From NCBI GenBank assembly GCA_002633005.1, contig NMRA01000112.1, forward strand, positions 384,629 through 448,628: a DNA stretch of 64,000 bases, in the 5' to 3' direction. Origin of the DNA: Phoronis australis. Taxonomy: Eukaryota; Animalia; Phoronida. Position 1 is the first letter of the stretch, and each line of letters begins with the position of its first letter. Of the stretch, positions 49,140 through 62,888 are shown in pieces. The notes beneath the pieces were generated by a model that was not told where the DNA came from, did no database searches, and saw only the letters and a list, made by a program, of their open reading frames with translations. Made by a program: the position numbers and the translations under genes.

Positions 49140-51059
49140 GTAAGAACCCACGACAAAACGTGTTAACGTTAATTATTAATGCTAATAATTGGGATTCTAA
49201 TGCGCCACACATTAAAAACGTAATACCCCACTTACCTCACACGACCGCCATGATCAGTTGCCACACTCCCGAGGCCGCACGTACAAGTCCTATGTTTTCG
49301 GTACGCATATAACGCCAACCCTCAAGGCGCCGTCTTTGGCAGGTTGTCCTTGTTACGGTTCTTCTCACTGGTCTCGTCACTTTCCCGAGAATTTGCCCTG
49401 ATACGTAAAAACAATAATCCACTTCTTCAATGTGGTTTGATCAATTCTAATTGCTCTGAGAATTCGAAGCATTTTCATTGGTTTTCTTTTTGACTCACTG
49501 CCCAATCAAAGGTATAGTGTCGAATTTGCCCGTTTAATGATTGGTTACAGTTGTCAGTTCGGCTTATTTCTTTTCACCCATTTTCGATCGTTCTGCAGTC
49601 GCATTTTGAACGGGAAGAGCAAATGACGTAAACTTTTGCATGTGGATTCCTTGAAGCATGCTCTTTCAAAAGTTGCGTGATAACGTTTTTGTCAGATTTA
49701 CCGCTTTCGAGTTATTTGACTTTGAATTTCATAAAAACGCAAAATTCTTCGAAAAATTCATGGAATGTTGCAAATCTGCCAGGTTACATAGAGTTTTGAA
49801 CAGACTTTCAGAAGATATTTTCAATTTGTCGCTATGACGTCTACTTTTTGAATTATTCGAGAGTTTCTGAAAACGCTGTTCCTTTGTTGACCGATTTTGC
49901 TGTTCGCCAAGTGTCGCTCAAGACTGTAGCCTATTTACTGATTTCTCACATCTTCTCTAGTCACATGAGTGTTATAGTGTTGCTCATAATTGCCACCTTC
50001 ATCATCACAATCGTCATCGTCGTTAATTTCGCCTAGTGGCGCTCAAGATAATAGGTAGCACTGAACAGTCAGGTCGTGGCCACGGGGCATTTTCTAGTGG
50101 CTACAATTCATATACAGGGCGTATGTCAGGTTTGGCTCTTTGTTCGAGGAATTTGTTGAAAACAGATGCCAGGAAACTGATTTACTTGTGTTTTTTAATG
50201 AGAAAACCCAAGTTTTTACCTATATTGATGCAAACCGGTGGCTGTCATTTGCTATCAACCTCTGTCGTCTACGAGAAACCGGGTGCGTGAACAAGACTGC
50301 AGCCTATTTCTTACTGCTTTCTTCGCTACTCACATGAACGTTATCGTGTTGTTCATCGTCATGATCGTCGTCGTCCTCCCTCTCCATCGTCGTCTTTTCG
50401 GTTAATTTCGCCAAGTGTCGCTCCCCCGAGCGCTCTCGTGTAGTACCTTATGGGCATGTTTGTGTGTTTTGCCAAATATCTAAAAAATACTGTAGCATTT
50501 AACTCAATAAAAGTATATATTTTCTGAGAGTAGAGAGGCAGTAGAATTTGATTGGTGTCTTGTATCAATCTGCCATTAATTGAGTCACGTGACCATGTAT
50601 TTTCACTGAAATTTGGCAATAAAGAAAGGTAAAGTCACAGCAAAATCACAAAAAGCATGGACAAATTTCGGTTGGTATTAATGTTACAGTTTTCTGGGTT
50701 ATCACACATGTTTTTCTTATAAAAATGAATAAAGTTACTTTTTCACAATTCTCTCTAAAAATTCAACTTTTGCCAACTCTGCAGAATGTCCTTTACAAAA
50801 GCCATACTGTGAGGAATCAAATTAAAAGGTTTTCTAAAAAGTAAGGGTGTAACTGAGTGTTCTAGTGCCTGAGTCAAATCCCCATCTATGAATGACCTGG
50901 TGATTTGACTGTATTGAACTGGTTTCGTCACCAACTTTGCTTTCTGCGAATGTCTGGCAAATATTTGTCGATTTGTACCAACAAAATAGTCAAAACAGAG
51001 CGGATTTTATTGTTTTGTAGTCTGGTCAACTCCAATAAGTCTAATTCATCCAACATTAA

Positions 51060-52200
51060 CACCAAGCTTAACACTGACTTTTTCATTTATTGGTCCCCAA
51101 CAACTAGCGGAGTTAGACAGGGTTATGTGCAGACTGTTTTAATATTTTCCTCAATGATGTTGCGATTGATATTAGAAATTTAAATTTAGGTATTTTGTTA
51201 GACTATTTGAATTTATCTATTATTGTACGCAGATGACATGGTTTTAATAGCCAAAAATTAAGGCAATCTTCAAATTATGCTTAACCATATTTTCGAGTGG
51301 TGCAAAACTGGGAACCTTGCATTAATGAAGGAAAATCAAATATTGTACTTTAGAAATAAGAATTGCCTTGTCTATAACTGCAACTTTAATTTTGGGAATA
51401 TAAGTCTTGTTTACAAACAAAGTACAAATACTTAGATCTTAAAAGAGTTTTTGTATTTTCAAGACACTGCTCAAACTTTCAGCGATTCAGCTGGGCGTGC
51501 TCTCGGTGGTATAATTTCTAAAATTTTATAACCTGAGAAATATTGGCTATAAAACTTTTATCCATCTCTGTTCCGCCTTTGTACAACCCATTGTGGGATA
51601 TTGCTATGGAGTCTGGGGATTTCAACATTTAACTTTGTACAAAATAGAGCTATGAGGTATTATTTCGTAATCCATCCCTCAGCTCCTGTTCCTGCCATGA
51701 GAGGTGACAGGGGTTGGATTAGCCCTAGGTATAATCGTCACATGAACATGGTTCGTTTATGGAATAAATATTGAATTTTAATTGTGGAAGTATTACCCGA
51801 AAATCGTTTGAATGGGACTATAACCAAAACAATTCGAATTGGTCCTCCGAGATAACAACTTCAACTCTTGTTAGTTAAATAATACATTTGAATCCAAAAT
51901 TAAAAGTAATATCGCTATTTTACAAACAAATGTTATTAAGACAGTGATTGATGATTGGAAAAATGCTGTTAATCAATCACCTAATCTAAGAACCTGCAAA
52001 TTTTTTATTAAGAACTTTTTGATAAAAACTACTCATGTTCCTGTTTGACCCGATATCCTATATCACTTTCCTCACAATTTCGTTTTGCTTGCTTTGTAAT
52101 TTACACGCTGTTGACGATGAAATTCATTTTTTCTGCCATTGTCCGTTTCTCGAAGTCTTTTTTGCTGTTTGATAAAATCATTTTTATGCTCCTAGATTTC
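51060..52200 (+). mobile_element. 5'-truncated degenerate non-LTR retrotransposon (CR1/L2-group RT), intronic
   Basis: Fragments SGVRQG, LLYADDMVL, LQIML..IFEWC, KYKYL, GRALG, VQNRAMRY and APVPAMRGD.GW, broken by frameshifts and stops. Boundaries are approximate. Confidence 0.8.
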
Positions 52201-53223
52201 GACCTGTTTTCTGAAGACAAAATAAAATAATTATTGTAATGATCTGGCTTAAGCTATATAGGCATTGCTTTTAATAGACGACGGAATTTTCTGTTCACTT
52301 ATTATTATAAGTAGTTTTGAGTTTCATATCAAATTGTATTTGCATTACTGTTCTTGTATTTTGTTTAAGGTGACTAATAATCCTTGTGGGCTGGGTGCTC
52401 ATATTAAATTTATTTGCTTTTTAATCCCAATAATGCGTTTTGCGGCCGCAAAATACGATAATATCTCTGTAATCATTCTTTGTGCGCCAATTTGGATTAA
52501 GAAAAAGACTGTCAAAACGGTGAATTAATTAGTGTAACGGCACTGCGGAGCCGGGCATGTTCGACTAAGTACTTTGACGGAGTGTCCCATTGGGGGATAA
52601 GGGAATCCGCTCTTTCATTGCAGAGAATCGACAAGATGAAACGCTACCCATTCAGAGTGTTAGCTCTATCAAACGTGTCCCGTTTTCGGGAGCTTCTTTG
52701 AAATAGTGTTACTTTCATAGGTATTCTCTTAGAGCAACCCTTTTGTTAGGATCCACAGAATACGAGTTCATTGAGTTAAAACGAACTAACAGCCCATAAA
52801 TAAAAAGTGAGAGCTTTCTGTGGAGGTCAGATATAAATGCATTCGGAGCTCTTAATGCACGACGTGAACCTTTTCTGGGCGTGAAAATCACTCTCCTCAC
52901 CCCGGTCTGTGAACAGAAAAGGCTGCAAATACATGCACATGTACATATTCTCGCACTGACCTCTAGATGTACTCGTGAGCTCGTGACTAATAATGTGTCT
53001 ACGGTGGCACTGACACGTAAACAGTGGCAGATCTACGTTTTCAGTATGGGTGGGTTTAGGAATCGCGCAAATCCGAGAGGGGAGAGAGGTTGGGAGGGGG
53101 TTTGGCCTTTCCCGTGTAAGATTTGTTTTGGTTTTTGTAGCTGATTTCGGTTTCCTGGCGACGTTTCTTTTGAATTACTTGTTTTTATTTTTGATCCTGT
53201 CCCAGGGGAGTTAAACCCCCTGA

Positions 53224-54141
53224 CACTCCGTACAGTGTAGGTTCGCCTCTCCTAGACGAATACAGTGAAGCTATCGTTGCCAGAAGCGGACACTCTGTCA
53301 AGAAATCTGAAAAGAACTAAAAACCCACCTTCAGTCGCAAGAATTGTTTTCGGCATCCTAGCGTTATGAACTTGGTCTCAAAATCACTTTCCTTCTGATT
53401 AACAAACGAGATGAAACCAAAATTTCAGTGGTAATTTGTATAAATCTGAAGTCCTGTTCTTGGACCGAACACGTTTTATAGCCGCTTTTAAGTTGGGTGC
53501 ACGTCCAATCCACGGATGACGCACCCTCTACAGATAACACGCGGCTTGCTTTGCGTTGTTACATTGAACTAGGGGACATACTCCATGTTCGATGCAGAAA
53601 TGATGACGCATAATTAACGATCGAATCACCGAAACTATGTCAAAATTTCGTTGTTGTGTTTTTTTCAGGTATCTTTTCTGGACTGNCACTCCGTAGGTTC
53701 GCCTCTCCTAGACGAATACAGTGAAGCTATCGTTGCCAGAAGCGGACACTCTGTCAGGAAATCTGAAAAGAACTAAAAACCCACCTTCAGTCGCAAGAAT
53801 TGTTTTCGGCATCCTAGTGTTATGAACTTGGTCTCAAAATCACTTTCCATCTGATTAACAAACGAGATGAAACCAAAATTTCAGTGGTAATTTGTATAAA
53901 TCTGAAGTCCTGTTCTTGGACCGAACACGTTTTATAGCCGCTTTTAAGTTGGGTGCACGTCCAATCCACGGATGACGCACCCTCTACAGATAACACGCGG
54001 CTTGCTTTGCGTTGTTACATTGAACTAGGGGACATACTCCATGTTCGATGCAGAAATGATGACGCATAATTAACGATCGAATCACCGAAACTATGTCAAA
54101 ATTTCGTTGTTGTGTTTTTTTCAGGTATCTTTTCTGGACTG
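53224..54141. other. N-joined duplication (53224-53685 / 53687-54141) that duplicates an LRP splice acceptor
   Basis: Single N at 53686 cuts the exon start GTATCTTTTCTGGACTG. The sequence restarts at CACTCCGTA (= 53224). Confidence 0.88.
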
Positions 54142-54377
54142 ATCATGGCGACGTGCCAAAGATTGAGAGATCCCTTTTGAATGGAGGCGACCGGCGTGTT
54201 CTAATCAACAACCGCCTGTCCCACCCCTCAGGGATAACAGTCGACATCGCCAACGATCGTATCTATTGGGTGGATAGCGGAAGAGACACAGTGGAGTCCA
54301 CGGATCTCCATGGAAACGATAGAACACAACTGTTCATGGTTCCAGGAACAAGTTTTTACGGAATAGCGATATATAAG
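54125..54377 (+). CDS. LRP-like gene exon B (YWTD propeller 1)
   Basis: YLFWTDHGDVPKIERS...PSGITVD...RIYWVDSG. Phase-compatible acceptor and AAG|GTAAGT donor. Confidence 0.92.
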
Positions 54378-55009
54378 GTAAGTGGCTTTTTCTGCTATAT
54401 CCCTTGTTCAAATCTTTCTGATACATTTCTTGTTTAGGTCAGGACATGGGCGGCGCACCATAGGAGGCTTGGGGGCTATAGCCCCACGTTTTTCAGTGAT
54501 GCGCTGCCCATCGTCTGTTCATTTATTTATTGTTGTAGTTACAGTGCAACGAACTAAAGTTAGTTCGGAACCGAAATCGCGTCATAGTTTGTAACAAAAG
54601 TTGTGAAGAGCTGCTCCTGTTCCTAAATATAGTTAATGGTCTCCATAAATTCTATATACGTGTGTGTGTGCGTTTGCGTGTGCTTCCATATGCAGCTTTG
54701 TGAGCGTAAAAGAACTAGATAAGTTTGGCTACACTGTCACGGTCTATGTGCGCATCTAGAAACAATAAAACTGCATCTTCATCGTAAGTTAAAACCTTCT
54801 GTTAGTAGCTCACTCATGTAACTTTGTAATTGCAAAAACGTCCTAATTTCCTACGCGATATTCCAGTGTGGTAAACGCTTGTGAGACTCTACAATCTTTT
54901 TATTGGCTCGCTGTTATAATCACCACAGTCGAAAATTATTGTACAGGGCCATTCATAGCCCCCTGTCTGCTTAGTAATTATTGAATACTTGACTCTCTAT
55001 TTTCCAAAG

Positions 55010-55154
55010 TCGTACCTGTTTGTAACGGATCTGACGGCCTCTAAACTGCGTGTATTTGGCACGGGCTCATCAAAGGTCAACTTGAATTTTAAACTTGGAG
55101 CGACGCCATACTCCATTGTGATGTACGACAAATGGAGCCAGCCCCAAGTAAACA
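55010..55154 (+). CDS. LRP-like gene exon C (last blade of propeller 1)
   Basis: SYLFVTD...PYSIVMYDKWSQP; donor A|GTAAGT (phase 1). Confidence 0.85.
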
Positions 55155-56849
55155 GTAAGTTGGATGTAACACACAGTAGCTAACTTTCCTGCGTTCAGCT
55201 CTATCGAGGATGTGTTCATTGCATTAACACGTGTGTGGACCGCGTTACCAAAAACTCCCGGACATAAGGAGTTCTAAAGCTCACACTTCTTGTGTGAAAG
55301 ACGATTTATAATAAACATCCTTTATCATTTGCCAGATTTATGTTTTGAGCATTGTTGTTGGGGGGAGGGCAACATCTGTGGAGTTGCGATAATCATTGGT
55401 AAATAATCGGCGATTTCCGGAGCGGAAACAAACTCGTAAATAACACATATATAAATAGTATATCCCGTCGTTACGCGCGTAGAAGAAAAAATAGTTGTAG
55501 ACAGGCCACGTGGAAATGAAAGCTGTTGCCTAAATTATGATAAACCTTACGTTACCACTTACTTTCGCATTCTACACTTAGCTGAGCGTGTATATCCTCT
55601 GAAGTCCTAAGATATACACAGTTTCCTATATTTTTCTTCTTTGACGTCAGCGTACATATCGTTTGCTTTCGAAGCACGCCACTCTGCTTTTGCTTTTGTT
55701 AAGCGCCCACATATGTATTCATATGACCGCTCATATTGTCCTCATCTCCGTCCATTCGGCGTCCAGTTGCTGTGTCCGGCTTTTCGGCATCATCCGCTGC
55801 TGTATCTTCTCAGACCCCATGCATGCAGGATCTTCATGAAATCCGGCTGACCACAGATCTGTCTGCTGCGCTACCTTAACACGATTTCTCGTTTGCTTCT
55901 TTGTCTAGCATGTCCTTCGCTGGATCTTTATGAAATTTACCAGATATGTCCCTATCACTAATTAAGAGCTAAACGACGCTATCCATACATTTTAGCCGAG
56001 TCGCCTTACACTTCATACTGCTGCGCCCTTGGGTGAAAATTTTATCATTGTGGTCCCCTCCTTTCCATTTGCTAAACGGTTTGCTGGACCGCCATGTAGT
56101 TTAGACGAGATCACTATTGGCTTAGATTTCGGTCTGATCTCGCTATAGCCCTTGGTGACAGTTTTCTTGTTGTTCGCGTGTGTCTCAATCCGTGAATCCA
56201 CCAAGGTACATCTTGTTCCTCATTACATAGTTCTTTTCACAACAAGACTCTTGTAGTGCTCCCCCCCCCCTTCCATCTGACACCACGCGAGCTGGGCTAT
56301 TGAAAGAGCTGAGCTGTTGACATTCAGTGGTGGAGGCAATTGTTTATATAAATATGCAATAAGAAATCTCAAAATAGTGTTACAGTTCGAAAATTATCAT
56401 TTCATTTTCACATCTATTTTGGGACAAAAGAGAACGGGGGAGTGCTTTGTCAGAAAGTTTCATGGGGATGAGTTCAGCCATTCCTGAGATGTGATGTTCC
56501 CAATTTAGCCAAATGTTCAAATTACGAGAAATACCAGAACCGACGTACCTCTTACCAAAAACGCAGTGATCATTTTTATTTTTCAGATATTTCTATTATC
56601 ATTGATAATTTTTTCCAAAACAAACAACAAGTACATCTACATGTATTTATTCACGCATGCTCACCTCAGGAGAGACCATTCTCGTGCCTGGTACAGTGTA
56701 TAAAGTAAACAACTGCTACATGGAGTTAACGTGAAGAATAAAATTTTCCCATTTCCCTGAGAAGCTGTCATACACAAAATTTTTATTCGTAATTAATTGT
56801 TCATCATTATTGTACTCATAAGTATATGTAACACATTTGTGAATGTTAG

Positions 56850-57650
56850 ATATATTTTTGTGACATCTCTCCTTGTAAGTGTACTGTTTGGCTAGTAAAA
56901 GCGAAATGTTAAATAGAAAATCATGTGTCTTATAAAGTCCAAGAATAACACGTTTGTAAGAGAGACAGGTGGGAAGCTGAATGAGACACTTTTGAAGTAG
57001 TTTTCTGAATTCCTTTCAAAAATCTTATACGAGGCGACATTCCCAAAAAAGGTGTGACAGCGTCTCTGTAGTTTTATTAGAAATTAGAATCCTGAACTTG
57101 GATTTTGACTAAAAAGTATTTGTTGCAATAATCTTGTGTAATATTCTAAATTGGAACCGTCTAATATTGGCATCCTTTGTTATTTCATAAGGCAATGCGC
57201 ACGTTCCAATCTAAACTACCTCCTAACTCTATTTCCCATTTACACTCTGACTTAGACAGATTCTTAATGTCGTCGGAGGTAGAACAAATATGTCTACAAC
57301 CCTTCGAATCGTTCCGGTAAGTGAGAAATTGCTAAACGCATATAAGGAGAATAGACATTAACAGTTTTAAATTTACTTTGAGATAGACTTTTTGAAACTT
57401 TCTTAGAACACAAACAACACCATTATATTCTACAAAACTGGATTTTATATCAAACCCATTTATCATATCGTCTAAACTAACGAGATCGCCATCAGAGTTA
57501 TACAAACTAAGACTTATAAAAAACACTGCTGCCTACGATCCCCAAGTTACTATTAAATCACAAAAGTTGATTTAAAAAGTCTTCTTTACCAGCAATAGTT
57601 ATATTCTTATAGTAAGGTGTCATACTTCCAAGTACGTCGCGCCAGTAGGA
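56850..57650 (-). mobile_element. Degenerate L1/Tx1-like non-LTR 3' fragment, intronic
   Basis: Minus-strand DGDLVSLDDMINGFDIKSSFVEY and IRRFQFRILHKIIATNTFLVKI resemble the region preceding the C-terminal zinc finger of L1/Tx1 ORF2. Multiple stops. Boundaries are approximate. Confidence 0.6.
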
Positions 57651-59308
57651 AGTATCAGATAGAGTTAACTTCGACTAAATAAATTATTTTCCAAGTGAAG
57701 CAAAATTCTTAAGGAACGAGTAGAGTGAGTATAATAACTGACCACTTTTAGACTATTAGAGCATAAACGGATGATTCTAGTTGGCCCAGAATACTTCAAA
57801 TATTCCCAAGTGTTTGAAAACATTTGGGGACATCTAACCGAGTGAATAGTAGAAATTAAAAATTCCTCCTGTCCGCTACTTTTGGCCTCAGAATTATCCT
57901 TAAACCTTTCCGTTACCTCCATTGTGCTCATGAAGTAAGTAGTTCAGGACAACTCTGCGTCTACCACCAAGCGATACACCAATATCCGCCTGAGATCAGA
58001 AAAACACACCATCATGTTTCTAGCTCCAAACAGCAATCTCCAAATTCATTTTTAACAGAGCATGCGTAGCACAGCGTTGCATTTCGAAGATGCGGTGTAC
58101 TTTACCACGTAAGCAAGCCTTCACACTGTTCGAGGCTTGGCTTAAAGCTGTATTTCGCCCTATATAGCCTGGCTTTAGACGAAAATCGAACCAGGCCTAT
58201 ACAGTCATAAAACTGGTCTCATTACTTCCTTTCTGTGATACGATTTTATTTCCGTAATCAAGTTAAGACAAAGCCAATGTGTACATGTGACATTTTCAAA
58301 TTAGCAATTTTATGGTTAGCCACACAACCCCAAAAACTGGCTTAATTCGATTTTCGTTTATTAGCCAGCTAAGCAGGGTGAACTAAGTGCCTGTCTTGGC
58401 CAATCCAATTCTGGGCGAGATCACCCAACAATTCGCCAGATATATTACAAGCGAAGCATGTGATCTCACAAGCTTTCAATAACCAGTATCTTGTGTATTG
58501 GAACGGGCCTTGATTCCACTGTCCATGAGCGACAGTGATCATTTTCAATAAAGTCGCCTCTGTACTTCGATAGTTTCTACGCAAGTCTCACAATTCGAGA
58601 GATTTAATGAAGAACTTACCCACCAGTGTGATGGTCATATTATACTGCACTATGGGGCGGTTGTAGGCTCCCGATGATAGTACTGAGCACTGAGAGACGT
58701 GTGTAAACCTTGGCTGCGTTCCGTAGACTCGAGAATTCAGCAAGTAAAGCCATCGTGCTCACGTGTTTCGCTGGCAATGCAAAGCGGTATCTTGCGAGAT
58801 ATTGCGCAATCTTGGGGCTTCGTGAGCTTTTTGGGTCTAAGGTTAGCAGGCCTGGTGTTTAAAGTGGTGATCCAGTTAAAACTTGAGCCTGATCGCGACT
58901 AAACTCCATCGATACATGCTCACACGAAAGCGTGTTGTAGTGGGCCAGTGTTTTCAATTATGACAGGCTCAGTTGACTTATGCCATATTGTGTACAAGTT
59001 ACCAAGTTTTCGATAGGTTCGGTACTATCGCACTGAGAAAAATCGGAAGAAAGTAACATCGTATGAAGTCATGTTTTAGCCTTAAGTCTAATTTCAACCC
59101 CAGCCCTAACGCAACCCAACAATAACCCTAACTCTGAACGCGCTAGGGTGACATCAATCGTCAATGCATTTAAAAAACGATGGCAACGCAGTAGTTGAAA
59201 ATTTCCGAATGGCTCAGACTCTTAAAGGGCTATGAGGGCTGCTGTGCATGTGAATGTCGCGGTATGTCTAGATTTTGATGGTATCGTCTCAATTGTGTTG
59301 GTTTATAG

Positions 59309-59422
59309 GTTCCTGTGGAAACTTCGGATGTTCAGACATATGTGTCCAACTCCCGGAACAGAATCCGCAATGTCTATGCGAAGATGGGTCGCAGCTGTCC
59401 GCCAACAACAAGACGTGTGCGG
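59309..59422 (+). CDS. LRP-like gene exon D (EGF-like domain)
   Basis: Phase 1-1 exon SSCGNFGCSDICVQLPEQNPQCLCEDGSQLSANNKTCA with six Cys in post-propeller EGF spacing. Bounded by TTTATAG and G|GTAAGT. Confidence 0.9.
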
Positions 59423-60319
59423 GTAAGTGAACTGCTTGGGTATCGGCGATATCCCGTGAGCATGTATCAGTGATTCCCCCAGCGATATCCCGTACATGTA
59501 CAGTACATGTATATGCAGGGCCACTGAATTGTAAGCGCCATCGTGCATTTTGGAATATTTGAAAATGCAGCAATCGCCAATATAAAGCATAATTTTTATT
59601 CCAGCGCAAGGTCATTTCGTTTCATAGAATTTTTACCCACGTCTAACAGCTTCTTGTGTTTTTCGCCAGTCAGCCGTGACCACCAAGTTAAGTACTGTCA
59701 AAGTCAATAAAGTATAAATCATTCTCCGAAAACATTGAATAAGTGACGATGTTTGCCAGCACACGTGGTAAAATTCAACGCGATCTTCTAGTCAAAATGG
59801 CGTAACATTGAAATATAAGGCTATTTTGAATTTAAAGAAATGGTTTTATGTACAGGATTTTCAGGTAAGCCAACAAAACTACATGTATATGCCGATGTAG
59901 CAAGAAGTCGTTGAGGCTAACGTTGGAACTGTTGGTTTCTAAGTATTGTGTAAAACTAAAATGAGAGAGAAGGCATAAATCATATCAATGTAAAATGTAT
60001 GACTTAAGACATATGTTGGACGCTGGATATTTGACAGGTAGAATGCTTAGCGTTTTACTTTATGTAAACGAATATTGAGGTGCTAGTGCACCTCAAAATT
60101 ATTGACGTGCTAGAATACAACATGAATCCTAGACGGGTCAGTAGCCATTCTGGTTTTTGTTGAGCTGTTTAACCTTCTCTCACAACGTCTGAATGGAAGA
60201 TGACCGACACGCAGAAATTCGTGAGCGAGGCTTACTGTACGTGCGCATGCTTGGACTGTTTGGAAGGCCTGTTGTGTTTCTTTGTCACTTACATGTAGTA
60301 TGTCCATTGTTGTTTTCAG

Positions 60320-60622
60320 TTAGCCTTGATAAAGACACCAGAAAGCCGTCGTTCCTGGTCAGCACCGGAAGTAGCATTTGCTCCCTCCCGTACAGTTTGC
60401 CTACCACAAGCCTAAGTAACCACACCTTGCTTGTACAAAGCGAATGCATTGTTGGTGGAAAGAATGGCATTAGTGCGCTTGACTTTAATTGGAAGCAAAA
60501 CATGGTGTACTGGCAGGAGAGTGGAAGTGGGTCAATTTTCAGAACGAGGCTCCTGAAAGGTCATCCCACGCAAAAAGTTTTCGACTTCGAGCAATTTCAG
60601 TCACCTACAGCCAAACTCACAG
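60320..60622 (+). CDS. LRP-like gene exon E (propeller 2)
   Basis: ISALDFNWKQNMVYWQE; TTTTCAG acceptor and CAG|GTAAAA donor. Confidence 0.85.
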
Positions 60623-60976
60623 GTAAAATTGATTTAATTTACGGTAGCAGTAGTCCAAAACTTGTGTTTAGGTTTTTTGTCTGTTTTACATAGTTAATTT
60701 ACTTATTATGTTATTGTTAATATTTAAAAAGCGCTCGATTATGCATCAATTAAAACCAATTTTATTACCCTTGGTTGACCAACCCTAAAATTTGTGTGCT
60801 ATTGAAAACATTTTGTCTTGAATACTGACCGACTAATCTTAGGACAGTGAGAGTAACAAGAGTGAAAACAAAAAATTCACGGACGTCCTTGCACTATCAA
60901 TAGGTAGCGAAAATTTAATTCGCGAGGTTTGAGATGTTTCATTGCATTGTAAGTGTGTTCATACTTTTCCTTCCAG

Positions 60977-61130
60977 ACCTGTCGGTGGACTGGGTTTCAT
61001 CCTATATTTATTGGGCTGATCTTCAGTCAAAATGTATATTTGTTGCTAAGGACGACGGCACTCACGCCAAAAAGCTCATCTGTAATGACACCTTCGAACC
61101 AACGGCGCTTGCTGTAGATCCTGTCGGACG
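60977..61130 (+). CDS. LRP-like gene exon F (propeller 2)
   Basis: DLSVDWVSSYIYWAD...PTALAVDPVG; canonical splice sites, phase 1-2. Confidence 0.9.
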
Positions 61131-61264
61131 GTAATTTAGATAGTTCTTCTTGTTTTGTTACCACATGGATGGTTGCAGATGAGTATCATGTGTTCCCTCT
61201 GAAGTTATATGCTGTGTGTCTTGTCGAACTGTATTGTAGATACCAGTGGTTGAACTGCTAACTT

Positions 61265-61490
61265 AGGTGCGTTCCGTAACGCTTTAGTCTCGCGAGACAC
61301 TAAAGGCAAACAATCCTTGATTATAGAAAGGACACAGCGAGTTTACCTCCCAAATTCAATATTCCTGACCACTGTTCAATCATTTCATTTGCTTGTTTAT
61401 GGTAGTAAGGTCTCGGGAGAATTTCGCCTGTCATTCGGTGGTATTGCTTGTTGTTGCCATACTTGCCAGAAACTCAACGGAACGCAACCT
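61265..61490. mobile_element. MITE, possibly PIF/Harbinger-type
   Basis: AGGTGCGTTCCGT ... ACGGAACGCAACCT inverted ends. The GCGTTCCGT motif recurs at ~30330, ~31358, ~58716 and 61561. Confidence 0.5.
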
Positions 61491-62346
61491 TGATTATGTC
61501 TGTGAGTGGCGTACTTTAAGAGAAAACACCTTATCGAAGACAACTGGAGATTTGACACTTGCGTTCCGTCTAAGAAATGAGCTTTTAAGTTAGACCATCT
61601 CATACCAACTTTAAATTGGTCTCAACTTCATTCTTACTCAGAAGAGGAAATATTTCTTGGTTTGCAAATACATGTACTGTAACTGGCAGTTGTTTATTCC
61701 TTGATATCATTAAATGACACGCCGTGACGAGCTAACTTGCAGATCCTGGTCTCGAGTAGCATCGAACAGTCAGTCCGGAAATCACCTCTAATTGGACACA
61801 GAAACAATTTGAGACCAATTTCATAACGCCAGTAAGTTTTGCAAATGAAACTTGTTTTTGTGAAGAAAGGAGAGTTTAGAAACGCTTTGGGTACTTGTCC
61901 CAAATTAAGCAGAAAGTAATTCATGCTTCCGGAGCATGCACGTCCACGGGACAAATGTATCAAATGTCGCGAGATTAGAACTCGGGATCTCTGGCTCACG
62001 AGTGATACGCTTTGTTACCAGAGCTATTTCTGACTTCACGCTGAGCAAAGAAACTGGCGAAAAACGTCACCCACAGGGCATCCTCTGAGATGTAGACAGC
62101 GTTGTGTTCATGTTGCGTTCCATACGATGTCGGTTTAGTTTTCATGATTGTTGATGGTTATGGTGCTACACTACCATTCTTGGAAACAAATGTAATTTAT
62201 CCATTATTTTTCAGATCAGGGATTTGGTTTGTGACAAATTTTGATTCTCGACTATCAAATTAGTATAATTTGCGTCTCTAAATGAAGGACACGTGCTGAA
62301 CATACATGTGTGACGATTTATTGTTAACGATTCATTTATTTTATAG

Positions 62347-62478
62347 CCGCCTATTTTGGTTTGATCGAAGCAAGTCTGTTCTCGAGAGATCTCTTCTGGA
62401 CGGCACTCAACGACAAGATTTCATTCGCTTTCGCAACTCCAACATTACCCGCCTGGCTATAAACTTCCATGACAAACG
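62347..62478 (+). CDS. LRP-like gene exon G (propeller 2)
   Basis: RRLFWFDRSKSVLERSLLDGTQRQ...LAINFHDK; phase 2-2. Confidence 0.88.
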
Positions 62479-62767
62479 GTAAACACATCCCCTTCTCTCT
62501 CCCTTGCCTTTCGCACTATCTTCCCGCTTTCCCCTCTAAGGTCCCTCTCCTTGTTTCTTCTTCCGTTTCTGGTGATTCTTCAAAGTAGACGCATATAGTC
62601 GGAGAATTTCAATAAATTTTCAGCTCGAAATGATTCCAACGCAGTTCCATGTATCTGTGTAGTTGTAAATAGCGCTCTAGTATAAAGCATTCTATCAATT
62701 TTTGCACACATTTTTTATCTGATTCAATTGCGAAATGATACAGTTGTTTAATATCTTTATTTTGCAG

Positions 62768-62888
62768 CATCTATTGGACCGATGTTACCAAAAAAACTAT
62801 TGAATCAATTGGCTTATCTGGGAGCGGAAGAAGAATAGACTTTTCAAGAGTCTCTTCATCCACGTTGATTGGAATTTCATTTTTCAAG
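62768..62888 (+). CDS. LRP-like gene exon H (propeller 2)
   Basis: RIYWTDVTKKTIESIGLSGSGR...LIGISFFK; TTTTGCAG acceptor and AAG|GT donor. Confidence 0.88.

Noticed and set aside
53669-53685. Duplicated or alternative LRP exon
   Set aside because: It is cut by an N and lies in an overlap duplication, so it is most likely an assembly artefact.
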